Positions 1-9,577 are shown, counted from the stretch's first letter. The stretch is DNA of 32,000 nt from Delftia acidovorans NBRC 14950 (GCF_001598795.1 NZ_BCZP01000013.1:60001-92000), one strand, 5' to 3'. Notes: a model not told the origin generated them from the letters alone. Translations and numbers: made by a program.

Positions 1-1
1 C

Positions 2-376
2 CTGGTGCTGTGCGACCCCAGCTACGAGCTCAAGAGCGACTACGCCAAGGTGCTGGACATGGCGGCCGACAGCCTCAAGCGCTTTGCCACAGGCACCTAT
101 GCGGTCTGGTATCCGATCATCCCGCGCCCCGAGGCGCACGATCTGCCGCGCCGCCTGAAGACCATGACAACCAAGGCCGGCAAGAGCTGGTTGCATGTGG
201 AGCTCACGGTCAAGAGCAACAAGACGTCGGAGCGCGGCGGCCTGCCGGCCAGCGGCATGTTCCTGATCAATCCGCCGTTCAATCTCAAGGAACAGCTCAA
301 GCCGGCCATGCCGCAGCTGGTCAAGCTGCTCGGTCAGGACGAGAACGCGGCCTTCACGCTCGAATCCGGCGGCTGA
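2..376 (+). CDS. rlmJ: 23S rRNA (adenine2030-N6)-methyltransferase RlmJ, C-terminal ~124 aa only (5' end outside window)
   Basis: The frame is open from the window edge to TGA at 374-376. The translation CDPSYELKSDYAKV...KRFATGTYAVWYPI...ASGMFLINPPFNL matches the IDPPYE / KRFATG.YA.WYP / ASGM..INPP blocks of E. coli RlmJ (YhiR) as I recall them. Confidence 0.8.
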   Translation: MVLCDPSYELKSDYAKVLDMAADSLKRFATGTYAVWYPIIPRPEAHDLPRRLKTMTTKAGKSWLHVELTVKSNKTSERGGLPASGMFLINPPFNLKEQLKPAMPQLVKLLGQDENAAFTLESGG

Positions 377-383
377 ACACGGT

Positions 384-1301
384 TCAGCGCGAGCTCGACG
401 CCGCAGAGGCCACTGCCGTGGCCGAGGCTGCGGCGGGCGCAGCGGCCTTCGCCACCGGCTTGGCGGCAGGGGCGGCCCGGCTGGCCACGGCCGTGCGTGC
501 ATTGGGCCTGGGTGCGGGCGCCTTGGCCTGCACACGCGGCCGGACCGGGGCCTTTGCCTGAACCTGGGTCCGCGCCTGCGTTTGTGTTTGTGTCTGTGCC
601 TTGGCCTGCTGAGTCTTCTTGAGGGACTCTGCCTTCCTGGCCGTGACCAGGGTTTCGGGGCATTCTTCCTCGCCTTCGTCGAGCTGCCACAGCTCCACGG
701 GCTTGATTCCCAGGCCGACCATGCCCAGCTCCTGCGCAGCGGCCTGGCTCAGGTCGATCACGCGGCCGGGCGCAAACGGCCCCCGGTCATTGATGCGCAC
801 CACCACCGTCCTGCCTGTCGCGGCGCTGCGCACGCAGACACGGCTGCCGAAGGCGAAGCTGCGGTGGGCAGCCGTCAGTTCTTCCTTGTCGAAACGTTCG
901 CCGCTGGCCGTCAGCCGGCCATGCAGGCCCGGGCCATACCAGGAAGCCAGGCCTTGCTGGTCGCTGTCGCGCGAGGGAACGAGGGCGAAATCGGGATTGG
1001 AGGGAGCGTCGGCGCTCTCTTCCGGCGAAGCCGGTTCGGAGGGCCTGGCATCCGCGGACCTGCTGGCAGGCGGCGTGGCCCGCGAGGCGCGGCTGCTGCG
1101 CTTGCCTGCTGAGGGAACGGCCGCAGGCGTCTGGCCTTCAGCCATGGCCTCGGCACCTGCCGAACCAGCAGAACCGGCCATCAGGGCGCCGGACTCGGCA
1201 TCGGTTTCGGCCACGGGAGCCGGTGCGCAGCCAGCCAGGGTGGCGGTGATGGCACACATGGCCAGCCAGCGCCAATGCAGGCGTCGAAAATTACGATCCA
1301 T
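384..1301 (-). CDS. rlpA: Septal-ring lytic transglycosylase RlpA-family lipoprotein (DPBB domain), no recognisable SPOR domain
   Basis: The track ORF starts at TTG 1307, but the ATG at 1299-1301 has GGAGG 9 nt upstream. There is a signal peptide with lipobox LAGC. The DPBB core is ASWYGPGLHGRLTASGERFD...RVCVRSAATGRTVVVRINDRGPF. The N-linker and C-tail are Ala/Pro/Gln/Thr-rich. Confidence 0.85.
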   Translation of the reverse strand: MDRNFRRLHWRWLAMCAITATLAGCAPAPVAETDAESGALMAGSAGSAGAEAMAEGQTPAAVPSAGKRSSRASRATPPASRSADARPSEPASPEESADAPSNPDFALVPSRDSDQQGLASWYGPGLHGRLTASGERFDKEELTAAHRSFAFGSRVCVRSAATGRTVVVRINDRGPFAPGRVIDLSQAAAQELGMVGLGIKPVELWQLDEGEEECPETLVTARKAESLKKTQQAKAQTQTQTQARTQVQAKAPVRPRVQAKAPAPRPNARTAVASRAAPAAKPVAKAAAPAAASATAVASAASSSR

Positions 1302-1379
1302 GGGCAAAAACCTCCAGGGAACGCCTGACCGTTCCCAAGTTCTAGAGGGCCGCCTGGGGCCGGCGCAGTGGCTGCGCGC

Positions 1380-2207
1380 TCAAAGGCCCAATCGATCGCA
1401 GATTTCCAGCGTGGCGACGCTCTGGTTCATCGTATAGAAGTGCAGCCCGGGAGCGCCCTGGCTGCGCAACTGCTCGCATAGACGGGACACGACATCGAGG
1501 CCGAAGGCGCGAATGGACGCCGTGTCATCTCCGTAAGCCTGCAGACGCAGGCGGATCCAGCGCGGGATCTCGGCGCCGCAGGCGTCCGAGAAGCGCATCA
1601 GCTGCGTAGAGCTGGTGATGGGCATGATGCCGGGAACAACCGGTGCATCAAGCCCCATGCCGCGCGCCGCATCAACGAAACGGCAGTAGGCGTCGGCATT
1701 GTAGAAATATTGGGTGATCGCGGAATCCGCGCCAGCGCGCACTTTAGCCGCAAACGCTTCCAGATCGGAATGTGGGGATTTCGCCTGCGGGTGGACCTCG
1801 GGATAGGCTGCCACCTCGATGTGAAACCAGTCGCCGAACTCGCGGCGTATGAATTCCACGAGGTCGCTGGCGTACTGGAATTCCCCTCCCAGGCCATAGC
1901 CGCTGGGCAGGTCGCCGCGCAGCGCAACGATGCGGCGCACGCCCATGGCCTTGAGCTCCTGCAGCTCGGCACGCACCTTGTCGTGCGTGGCGCCCACGCA
2001 GGAGAAATGCGATGCCGCGCTGACGCCTTCGCTCTGGATGTCACGCACCATGTTGAAGGTGCCGGCCTGCGTGGAGCCGCCCGCGCCATAGGTGACGGAG
2101 CAGAACTGGGGCTTGCGCGCATAGAGGTTCTTGCGCACCTGCACATGCTTGGCCGCGCCTTCGGGCGTCTTGGTCGGGAAGAATTCGAAGCTGATCGGAA
2201 AGCTCAT
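1380..2207 (-). CDS. metF: 5,10-methylenetetrahydrofolate reductase
   Basis: 275 aa with an ATG start at 2205-2207. It shows typical MetF blocks: ISFEFFPTKT, SVTYGAGGST, RRIVALRGD, AAYPEVHPQA, ITQYFYN. It lies in the same strand run as ahcY. Confidence 0.92.
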   Translation of the reverse strand: MSFPISFEFFPTKTPEGAAKHVQVRKNLYARKPQFCSVTYGAGGSTQAGTFNMVRDIQSEGVSAASHFSCVGATHDKVRAELQELKAMGVRRIVALRGDLPSGYGLGGEFQYASDLVEFIRREFGDWFHIEVAAYPEVHPQAKSPHSDLEAFAAKVRAGADSAITQYFYNADAYCRFVDAARGMGLDAPVVPGIMPITSSTQLMRFSDACGAEIPRWIRLRLQAYGDDTASIRAFGLDVVSRLCEQLRSQGAPGLHFYTMNQSVATLEICDRLGL

Positions 2208-2229
2208 GTAAGACTCACTGCTCAGTGTT

Positions 2230-3417
2230 TCATTCGTTGCGTTTGCGCAGCTTGGCGCGCCCCGGTCCGGGCACGCCGAACTCGGTGCTGGTGTCGATCA
2301 CACGCTCGTTGCGCTGCTCGCGCAGCACGGTGCGGGACACGCGCTTAGGCGCGGTTTTCACGGCCGAACGGGGCTCGTCGTCGTCCTGCGTTTCAGGCTG
2401 TGCAGGCTCCTTCACCACGGCCGCCTGCTGGGCATGCACGAAGAATTCGCGGTTGCCGTCACCGCCTTCGATAGCCGACTCCATCCAGCCCTTGACCTCC
2501 AGGCCCAGCTCGCCCAGGCAGGTGCGGATGCGCTGCTCCACCTCGGTGAACAAGGCTGCGTCGCGCACGATGCCGCCCTTGCCGACCTGGCCCGGCTGCA
2601 GTTCGAACTGCGGCTTGACCAGCATCAGCAGCTGGCCGTGCGGCTTGAGCAGGCGCGTGACGGCCGGCAGCACCAGGGTCAGAGAGATGAAGGACAGATC
2701 GCCCGTGACGAAGTCGAACTGCGGCGTGATGTCCACGTCGGCAAACTCGGCGCGGCGGCGGCGCTGCGTGGCCACCGTGCCTTCTTCCCGGGCCTTGCCC
2801 TTGGCCGCGCGCTCGGCCTTGAAGGCCTCGATCTCTTTTTCCTTGGCGTCGTCGCTGTCGTCGTAGTCTTCATCGACCAGACCGCCGTTGCGCATCCAGG
2901 CATAGGGCGCCACGGGCTGAGTGTCGTTGTCGTCGGGATCTTCTTCCCAGCGTTCGGACAGCACTTCCTCGCAGGACTCCTGCAGGCCCTCGGCCGTCAC
3001 CGCGCGGGCGTTGACGCCCTCGACGCAGATCACACGCACATCCGAGCGCAGCCGGTCATGCAACTGGCCATGGCCCACATCCACGCCGATGACCTGGGCG
3101 GCGCCCGCCTGCAGCAGGCAGTCGGTGAAACCGCCCGTGCTCTGGCCCACGTCCAGGCAGCGCAAGCCGTCCACCGACAGCTTGGTGGCCGCCAGCGCGC
3201 CTTCCAGCTTCAGCCCGCCGCGCGAGATGAACCGGGCCTCGGCCCCGTCCAGCAACTGCAGCTCGGCACCCGCAGGAATCTCGTCGCCGTTCTTGGCAAC
3301 CTTCTTCCAAGGCGTCAGCGGCGTCATGCGCCATTGCACGCCACCCGCAATCAGCCGCTGCGCCTGCGAGCGCGTGGCCGCATGGCCGGCTTCCACCAAA
3401 AATACATCTGCGCGCAT
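2230..3417 (-). CDS. TlyA-family (S4 + FtsJ-like) RNA 2'-O-methyltransferase homolog with ~75-aa acidic insertion and ~65-aa basic C-terminal tail
   Basis: 395 aa. The N-terminal S4-like segment is RADVFLVEAGHAATRSQAQRLIAGGV. The SAM-binding motif is CLDVGQSTGGFTDCLL. The TlyA blocks DLSFISLTLVLPA and MLVKPQFE...GKGGIVRD are split from the N-half by SERWEEDPDDNDTQ...DEDYDDSDDAKEKEIEAFKAERAAKGKAREE. Confidence 0.8.
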   Translation of the reverse strand: MRADVFLVEAGHAATRSQAQRLIAGGVQWRMTPLTPWKKVAKNGDEIPAGAELQLLDGAEARFISRGGLKLEGALAATKLSVDGLRCLDVGQSTGGFTDCLLQAGAAQVIGVDVGHGQLHDRLRSDVRVICVEGVNARAVTAEGLQESCEEVLSERWEEDPDDNDTQPVAPYAWMRNGGLVDEDYDDSDDAKEKEIEAFKAERAAKGKAREEGTVATQRRRRAEFADVDITPQFDFVTGDLSFISLTLVLPAVTRLLKPHGQLLMLVKPQFELQPGQVGKGGIVRDAALFTEVEQRIRTCLGELGLEVKGWMESAIEGGDGNREFFVHAQQAAVVKEPAQPETQDDDEPRSAVKTAPKRVSRTVLREQRNERVIDTSTEFGVPGPGRAKLRKRNE

Positions 3418-3533
3418 AGCGTCGTTCCCAGGAAATCTCTAAACCAATGACGCCAAGCGGCGCCGCACCCCACAACTGGCAGGGCCCAACTCAGGGACAC
3501 CGAGCAAGGGCCGCCCCGCCGCGAGGGTGTCGT

Positions 3534-3585
3534 CCCCCTCCCTTGCGAAGCAAGTAGAGAGGGGGAAGCGGCGCAAGCCGCTCAG
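3534..3585 (-). other. Compound GC-rich stem-loops immediately downstream of the ahcY stop codon (no U-tract)
   Basis: On the plus strand, CCCCCTC(3534-3540)...CTTGC GAA GCAAG...GAGGGGG forms a two-tier hairpin. It is followed by GCGGC GCAA GCCGC (3569-3582). The element lies in the 175-nt ahcY to tlyA-like spacer. No T-run follows on the minus strand, so it is not a canonical intrinsic terminator. Confidence 0.35.
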
Positions 3586-3592
3586 GGGGTGC

Positions 3593-5023
<1,431 letters not shown>

Positions 5024-5069
5024 GGTTTTCTCCAAAAGATGAATGAAAAACCACGTTCTGCGGGAGACG

Positions 5070-5104
5070 AAAAAAAGCTCACCGCACAGAAAGCGTGGGC
5101 GAGC
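5070..5104 (-). terminator. Intrinsic terminator forming the expression platform of the SAH riboswitch
   Basis: On the minus strand, GCUCGCCCAC GCUUUCU GUG(C)GGUGAGC is followed by U7 (5076-5070). This is a 10-bp stem with one bulge. Its 5' arm (5104-5095) is shared with the 3' end of the aptamer, consistent with an SAH-dependent ON switch by anti-termination. Confidence 0.7.
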
Positions 5105-5178
5105 GTCGTTGCAGGTATGACTCCGAGCCTCGCGACCACGCCTGATGTGTGGGGGCCGCTGCAACGCTCCTCGGAGAG
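5098..5178 (-). promoter_or_regulatory. SAH (S-adenosylhomocysteine) riboswitch aptamer upstream of ahcY
   Basis: The minus-strand sequence is CUCUCCGAGGAGCGUUGCAGCGGCC...GGUCGCGAGGCUCGGAGUCAUACCUGCAACGACGCUCGCC. It contains the signature blocks CCGAGGAGCGUUGC, AGGCUCGGA and GCAACG.CGCUCRCC of the SAH riboswitch class (Rfam SAH_riboswitch, from memory). Its position 5' of ahcY is the canonical context in Betaproteobacteria. Confidence 0.85.
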
Positions 5179-5184
5179 GCGCTG

Positions 5185-5190
5185 ATTATA
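5185..5190 (-). promoter_or_regulatory. Possible -10 box (TATAAT) for the riboswitch/ahcY transcript
   Basis: A perfect TATAAT on the minus strand lies about 7 nt before the first aptamer nucleotides. It overlaps the kdpE TAA stop. I found no convincing -35 hexamer 17 nt upstream. Confidence 0.3.
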
Positions 5191-5929
5191 CCGATCCCGG
5201 GGATGCCTCACCGCCCAGCCCCACAAGCCGGTAGCCCACCTGCAGCTCGGTCACCAGGTGGCGCGGCTGGGCCGGCTCGTCCTCGATCTTCTGGCGCAGA
5301 TTGGCCATGTGCACGCGCAGGTAGTGGGCGCGGCTCAGGTACTCGGGGCCCCAGACCTGCAGCAGCAGCTGGCGGTGGGTCATCACACGGCCCTGGGCGG
5401 CGATCAGGGCCGCCAGCAGGCGGAATTCGATGGGCGTGAGGTGCACCGGCTGCCCGGCGCGCCGCACCTCATGCGTGGCCAGGTCCACTTGCACCGGGCC
5501 GAAGTGCACCTTGCTGGACGCGGCGGTGCCGCCCGCCCCACCGGCAGCGCCCAGCTGCTGGCGGCGGCGCAGCATAACGCGCAGTCGGGCCAGCAGCTCG
5601 GGCACGCCGAAGGGCTTGACCAGGTAGTCGTCGGCGCCGGCATCCAATGCGGCCACCTTCTCGTCCTCACGCTCGCGCGCAGAGAGCACGAGCACGGGCA
5701 CGGAGGACCACCCGCGCAGCTCGGTCAGGACCTGCTTGCCATCGGCGTCCGGCAGGCCCAGGTCGAGGATGACCAGGTCGGGCTGGCGGCTGGCGGCCTC
5801 GATCAGGCCGCGGCGCGCGCTGTCGGCCTCGAAGACCTGCCAGCCTTCGTCTTCCAGCACCAGGCGCACGAAGCGGCGGATGCCGGGGTCGTCCTCGATC
5901 ATCAGGATGCGGTTGGCGGGCGTGCTCAT
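5186..5929 (-). CDS. kdpE: KdpE, OmpR/PhoB-family response regulator of the kdp operon
   Basis: 247 aa from the ATG at 5927-5929. The receiver domain is RILMIEDDPGIRRF...DLVILDLGLPDADG...DDYLVKPF. The winged-helix C-terminus is LTPIEFRLLAAL...VGYRL. It sits directly downstream of kdpD. The 796-aa track ORF is an out-of-frame upstream extension. Confidence 0.9.
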   Translation of the reverse strand: MSTPANRILMIEDDPGIRRFVRLVLEDEGWQVFEADSARRGLIEAASRQPDLVILDLGLPDADGKQVLTELRGWSSVPVLVLSAREREDEKVAALDAGADDYLVKPFGVPELLARLRVMLRRRQQLGAAGGAGGTAASSKVHFGPVQVDLATHEVRRAGQPVHLTPIEFRLLAALIAAQGRVMTHRQLLLQVWGPEYLSRAHYLRVHMANLRQKIEDEPAQPRHLVTELQVGYRLVGLGGEASPGSV

Positions 5930-5955
5930 GGGGGGCTTTCGTGCATGGCGGGACT

Positions 5956-8661
5956 CTAATCCAGCGCAGGCTGCTCGGGCACGGGAAAGCGCAGCGTGAA
6001 GATGGTGCCTGGGCCGGGCCGCGCGGCGGCAGCCTCGATGCGCCCGCCATGTGCCTCGACAATGCTGCGCACCAGCGCCAGGCCCAGGCCGATGCCCGAG
6101 ACGGTGGACTCGGCCGTGCCGCGCGTGAAGGGCTCGAACAGCGTCTCCACCGGCAGGTGGGATGGCAGGCCCGGCCCGCCATCGCGCACGGACAGCAGCA
6201 GTTCGCCATCCTGCACACGCGCACTGATGGCCAGCGGCGTGCCGGCCGGCGTGTACTTGGCGGCGTTGTCCAGCAGGTTGACCAGCACGCGCTCCATGAG
6301 CAGGGCATCGAGCTGCAGCAGCGGCAGGCTGGCGGGCACATCGGTGCTGACGGGATGCTGGCCCAGGCGCGCGCGCATCTGGCGCAGCGCGCTGCCCACC
6401 ACTTCGTCCAGCGGAAGCCATTCGCGCTGCAGGTGCACGCCGCCTTGCTGCAGGCGCGCCATGTCCAGCAGGTTCTCCACCAGGCGCTGCATGGCCTGCG
6501 CCTGTATGCGGACCTGCTCCAGCATGTCGGCCGCGCCGCCCGGCGGTACATGGCGCTGCGCGGCCTCGGCCGCGCCCAGGATGGTGGTCAGCGGGGTGCG
6601 CAGGTCGTGCGAGACGGCCGACAGCAGGGTGTTGCGCATGCGCTCGCCCTCCATGGCGATCTGGGTCTGCTGGGCCACGGCCACGAAGTGCTGGCGCTCC
6701 AGCGCCAGCGCCACCTGGCTGGCACAGGCCTCCAGCAGGCGCTGCTCCTCGGGCACCTCCAGGCGCTGCGGCGCACGCAGTTGCAGCACCAGCACGCCGC
6801 GCATGCGCACGGGTGCGGCCAGCGGCACATAGCGGGCCGGTGCGGCCGGCAGCGTGTCCGTGCCCTGGCCGGCCTGCTGGCCATGGTCCATGGCCCAGCG
6901 CGCAATGCTGTCGTCCATGGGGCAGGAGCCGCCGCCGGCGGGGCGCAGGCGCTCGTCGGCATCGGGCAGCAGCAGCCCGGCCTGGGCGTCGAACACGCCC
7001 GAGACCGTGCTCAGCGCAATCTCCACCACCTGCTCCTGCGTGAGCGCGCCCGAAAGGTCGCGCGCCAGCCGCGCCAGGGCGCCCGCGCGCCGCTCGCGCT
7101 CGGCCGCCACGCGCGCCTCGTGGCGCAGCCGCGCCATGAGCTGGCCGCAGACCAGGGCCACGCCCAGCATCAGCACGAAGGTGAACAGGTACTGCGTGTC
7201 GTTGACATGGAAGGATCCGCGCGGGGGCACGAAGAAAAAGTCGAAGCACAGTACCGACAGCAGCGCCGCCCAGGCGCCCGGGCCACGCCCCCAGCGCAAC
7301 GAAGACAGCACGACGATGAGCAGAAACAGCATCACCACGTTGGCCGGGTCGAAGATGCGCAGCAGCTGCTCGGCCAGCACCGTGGCGGTCAAGCAGGCCA
7401 GGGTCACGCCGGCATAGCCCTTCCAGGGCAGCGGCCTGCGCCGCAGCGGTGCTGCAGGCGCGGCCTCTGTCCGGGCCGCGCTGGATCCCCCGGAGAGCAC
7501 CAGCACGTCGATGTCGGGATGCAGTTGGACGATGCGGTCGGGCAGGCTGCGGCCCCACCAGCGCCAGGGCGACCATGCCGGGCGCGGCGGTTGGGCCAGC
7601 ACCAGGCGGCTGGCGTTGCGCTCGCGCGCGAAGGCAACCAGGGCCTCGGCCACATCGGCGCCCGGCAGCGTAGCCGTCTCGGCCCCCAGGCGCGCGGCCA
7701 GGGCCAGGGTCTTGAGCACGGCGGCCTGCACGCTGCGTGGGCGGTGCTGGCGCTGGGGCGCGTCCACGTAGACCACCATCCAGTCCGCATCGAGCCGGCG
7801 CGCCATGCGCGCGACCTGGCGCACCAGGGCGTCGTCGCCCGCGTGTCCTGCCACGGCCACCAGCAGGCGCTCACGCGCAGGCCAGACCGTGCCTATGGAG
7901 CGTTCGCGCCGGTAGTCGCGCATGTCCTCGTCCACGCGATCGGCCGTGCGGCGCAGCGCCAGCTCGCGCAGCGCCAGCAGGTTGCCGCGGCGAAAGAAGT
8001 TGCGCGAGGCCCGCTCGGCCTGCTCCAGCATGTAGACCTTGCCGTCCTTCAAGCGGCGCAGCAGCTCGTCGGGCGAGATGTCGACGACGATGACCTCGTC
8101 GGCATCGTCGAAGATCTGGTCGGGCACGGTCTCGCGCACCGTGATGCCCACGATGCCGCCCACCACGTCGTTCAGGCTTTCCAGGTGCTGCACGTTGATC
8201 GTGGTCCAGACATCGATGCCTGCGTCCAGCAGCTCCTGCACGTCCTGCCAGCGCTTGGGATGGCGCGAACCCGGCGCATTGCTGTGCGCCAGTTCATCGA
8301 GCAGCAGCACGCGCGGCCGCCGCGCGAGCGCCGCATCCAGGTCGAACTCGCGCAGCGTCCGCCCCTGATGCGGCAGCTCGCGCAGCGGCAGTTGCTCCAG
8401 GCCATGCAGTTGCTGCGCCGTTTCCTTGCGGCCATGGGTTTCCACGAGTCCCACCAGAACCTCGCGGCCCCCCTGGCGTTCGCGCTGGGCGGCGGCCAGC
8501 ATGGCGTAGGTCTTGCCCACGCCTGCATTCGATCCGAAGTAGATGCGCAGCTTGCCCCGTCCCTCCTGCGCCCGCTCATGGCGCAGGCGCGCGACCAGGG
8601 CGTCGGGATCGGGGCGCGGCAGACCGGGCGGCGCCGGCTCGGCAGAGGACGAAATGGGCAT
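5956..8661 (-). CDS. kdpD: KdpD sensor histidine kinase
   Basis: 901 aa from the ATG at 8659-8661. The N-terminal KdpD domain has a Walker-A-like GKLRIYFGSNAGVGKTYAML, followed by a USP-like region and four TM helices. The H-box is AVSHDLRTPLTTILG and the ATPase blocks are LLDNAAKYTP and DGGPGLP...GIGLGLA. Confidence 0.93.
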   Translation of the reverse strand: MPISSSAEPAPPGLPRPDPDALVARLRHERAQEGRGKLRIYFGSNAGVGKTYAMLAAAQRERQGGREVLVGLVETHGRKETAQQLHGLEQLPLRELPHQGRTLREFDLDAALARRPRVLLLDELAHSNAPGSRHPKRWQDVQELLDAGIDVWTTINVQHLESLNDVVGGIVGITVRETVPDQIFDDADEVIVVDISPDELLRRLKDGKVYMLEQAERASRNFFRRGNLLALRELALRRTADRVDEDMRDYRRERSIGTVWPARERLLVAVAGHAGDDALVRQVARMARRLDADWMVVYVDAPQRQHRPRSVQAAVLKTLALAARLGAETATLPGADVAEALVAFARERNASRLVLAQPPRPAWSPWRWWGRSLPDRIVQLHPDIDVLVLSGGSSAARTEAAPAAPLRRRPLPWKGYAGVTLACLTATVLAEQLLRIFDPANVVMLFLLIVVLSSLRWGRGPGAWAALLSVLCFDFFFVPPRGSFHVNDTQYLFTFVLMLGVALVCGQLMARLRHEARVAAERERRAGALARLARDLSGALTQEQVVEIALSTVSGVFDAQAGLLLPDADERLRPAGGGSCPMDDSIARWAMDHGQQAGQGTDTLPAAPARYVPLAAPVRMRGVLVLQLRAPQRLEVPEEQRLLEACASQVALALERQHFVAVAQQTQIAMEGERMRNTLLSAVSHDLRTPLTTILGAAEAAQRHVPPGGAADMLEQVRIQAQAMQRLVENLLDMARLQQGGVHLQREWLPLDEVVGSALRQMRARLGQHPVSTDVPASLPLLQLDALLMERVLVNLLDNAAKYTPAGTPLAISARVQDGELLLSVRDGGPGLPSHLPVETLFEPFTRGTAESTVSGIGLGLALVRSIVEAHGGRIEAAAARPGPGTIFTLRFPVPEQPALD

Positions 8662-8695
8662 GGTTCTCAGCCTAGCACCAGAGCGTGCTCCCACA

Positions 8696-9577
8696 CTAGA
8701 ACGCCGCCGACAGCGACAGCACCCAGCCGCTGCGGCCCAGGCTTTGCATCTGGCCCGCCGCGTTGGCCGCGCGGTAGTAGCGCGTGTCGGCCGAGGTGCC
8801 GGCCCAGGCCAGCGTGGCCGTCCACGGTCCCCAGCTGCGGGCCAGCGAGACGCGCCAGTCGGCATACGACAGTTCGCTGTAGTTGCGAACCTGCGTGTGG
8901 CCGGCATGCAGGCCCAGCACCGCCCAGTCGCCCAGCGGATGCTGGTAGTTCAGGTCCAGATAGCTGCTGCCGCGTGAGCTGCCGCTGCCGGGAAGCGCCT
9001 CGGCAAAGGCCGTGGCCGCCGTGCTGTCGCGCAGCCCGAAGTAAGGCGTCAGCGCCAGCGACCATTTGGCGCTGAAGCCGCCGTTGGTGACGCCCAGATA
9101 GGCCTCGGTGGTGTCGTAGCGCACGCCGCCGCTGCCATCCCCGCGGGGCACGCGCGCGCCGGGGTAGTTGTAGTGCAGCAGGCCGATGTCGCCCGTCCAG
9201 CCCGGCAGCAGCTCGGTACGCCAGCCGCCGTACAGGTCCAGCTCCAGCGCGCGGCCATCCAGATAGCTGTGGCGCGACACGCTGGAGCCGGACACGCCCA
9301 GGTAGGCGCCGCGCGGCAGCGACAGCTCCAGCCCGCCCTGCAGCGCCGGCCCCATCCAGCTTTGCGAGATGCCCCGGAAACGGTAGTCGCTGAGCAGCGT
9401 CACGCTGCCGGTGAGGGCGTAGGCGGGTGCGGGCGATTCCTGGGCAGCGGCGCTGGCAGCGCTGACGGGGGAGGTCTCGGCCTGCGCATGGCAGGATGCG
9501 GCCGCCAGCGACAGCAGTGCGGCCAGGGAGAAATGGGGGACGGCACAAGCGGCCGTCATGGAAGAAACGGATTTCAT
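8696..9577 (-). CDS. Gcw_chp / TIGR02001-family putative outer-membrane beta-barrel protein
   Basis: 293 aa from the ATG at 9575-9577. The signal peptide is MKSVSS...LLSLAAASCHAQA. The family-typical blocks are LTGSVTLLSDYRFRGISQS, PALQGG, LELDLYGGW and LLHYNYPG, and the protein has an aromatic C-terminus (SAAF). The start could alternatively be the ATG at 9557-9559. Confidence 0.75.
   Translation of the reverse strand: MKSVSSMTAACAVPHFSLAALLSLAAASCHAQAETSPVSAASAAAQESPAPAYALTGSVTLLSDYRFRGISQSWMGPALQGGLELSLPRGAYLGVSGSSVSRHSYLDGRALELDLYGGWRTELLPGWTGDIGLLHYNYPGARVPRGDGSGGVRYDTTEAYLGVTNGGFSAKWSLALTPYFGLRDSTAATAFAEALPGSGSSRGSSYLDLNYQHPLGDWAVLGLHAGHTQVRNYSELSYADWRVSLARSWGPWTATLAWAGTSADTRYYRAANAAGQMQSLGRSGWVLSLSAAF

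Noticed and set aside
5024-5164. N-terminal 47-codon extension of the ahcY ORF
   Set aside because: It would be translated through the riboswitch terminator and aptamer. The conserved AhcY N-terminus and a GGAGA ribosome-binding site fit the ATG at 5021-5023.
5186-7576. 796-aa minus-strand ORF in the track
   Set aside because: Only its last 247 codons (5186-5929) are KdpE. The upstream ~550 codons are an out-of-frame run across kdpD with Arg/Ala/Gly/Pro-dominated composition and no recognisable domain. The real kdpD occupies another frame (5956-8661).
8662-8907. 82-codon N-terminal extension of the kdpD ORF
   Set aside because: The extension overlaps the 3' end of the outer-membrane protein gene and is Arg/Ala/Pro-rich. 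The conserved KdpD N-terminus begins shortly after the ATG at 8659-8661.
5941-9075. 1044-aa plus-strand ORF
   Set aside because: It is antisense to kdpD and the outer-membrane protein gene. Its composition is extreme in Ala/Arg/Gly/His/Gln and it has no motifs. It is a classic shadow ORF of high-GC coding DNA.
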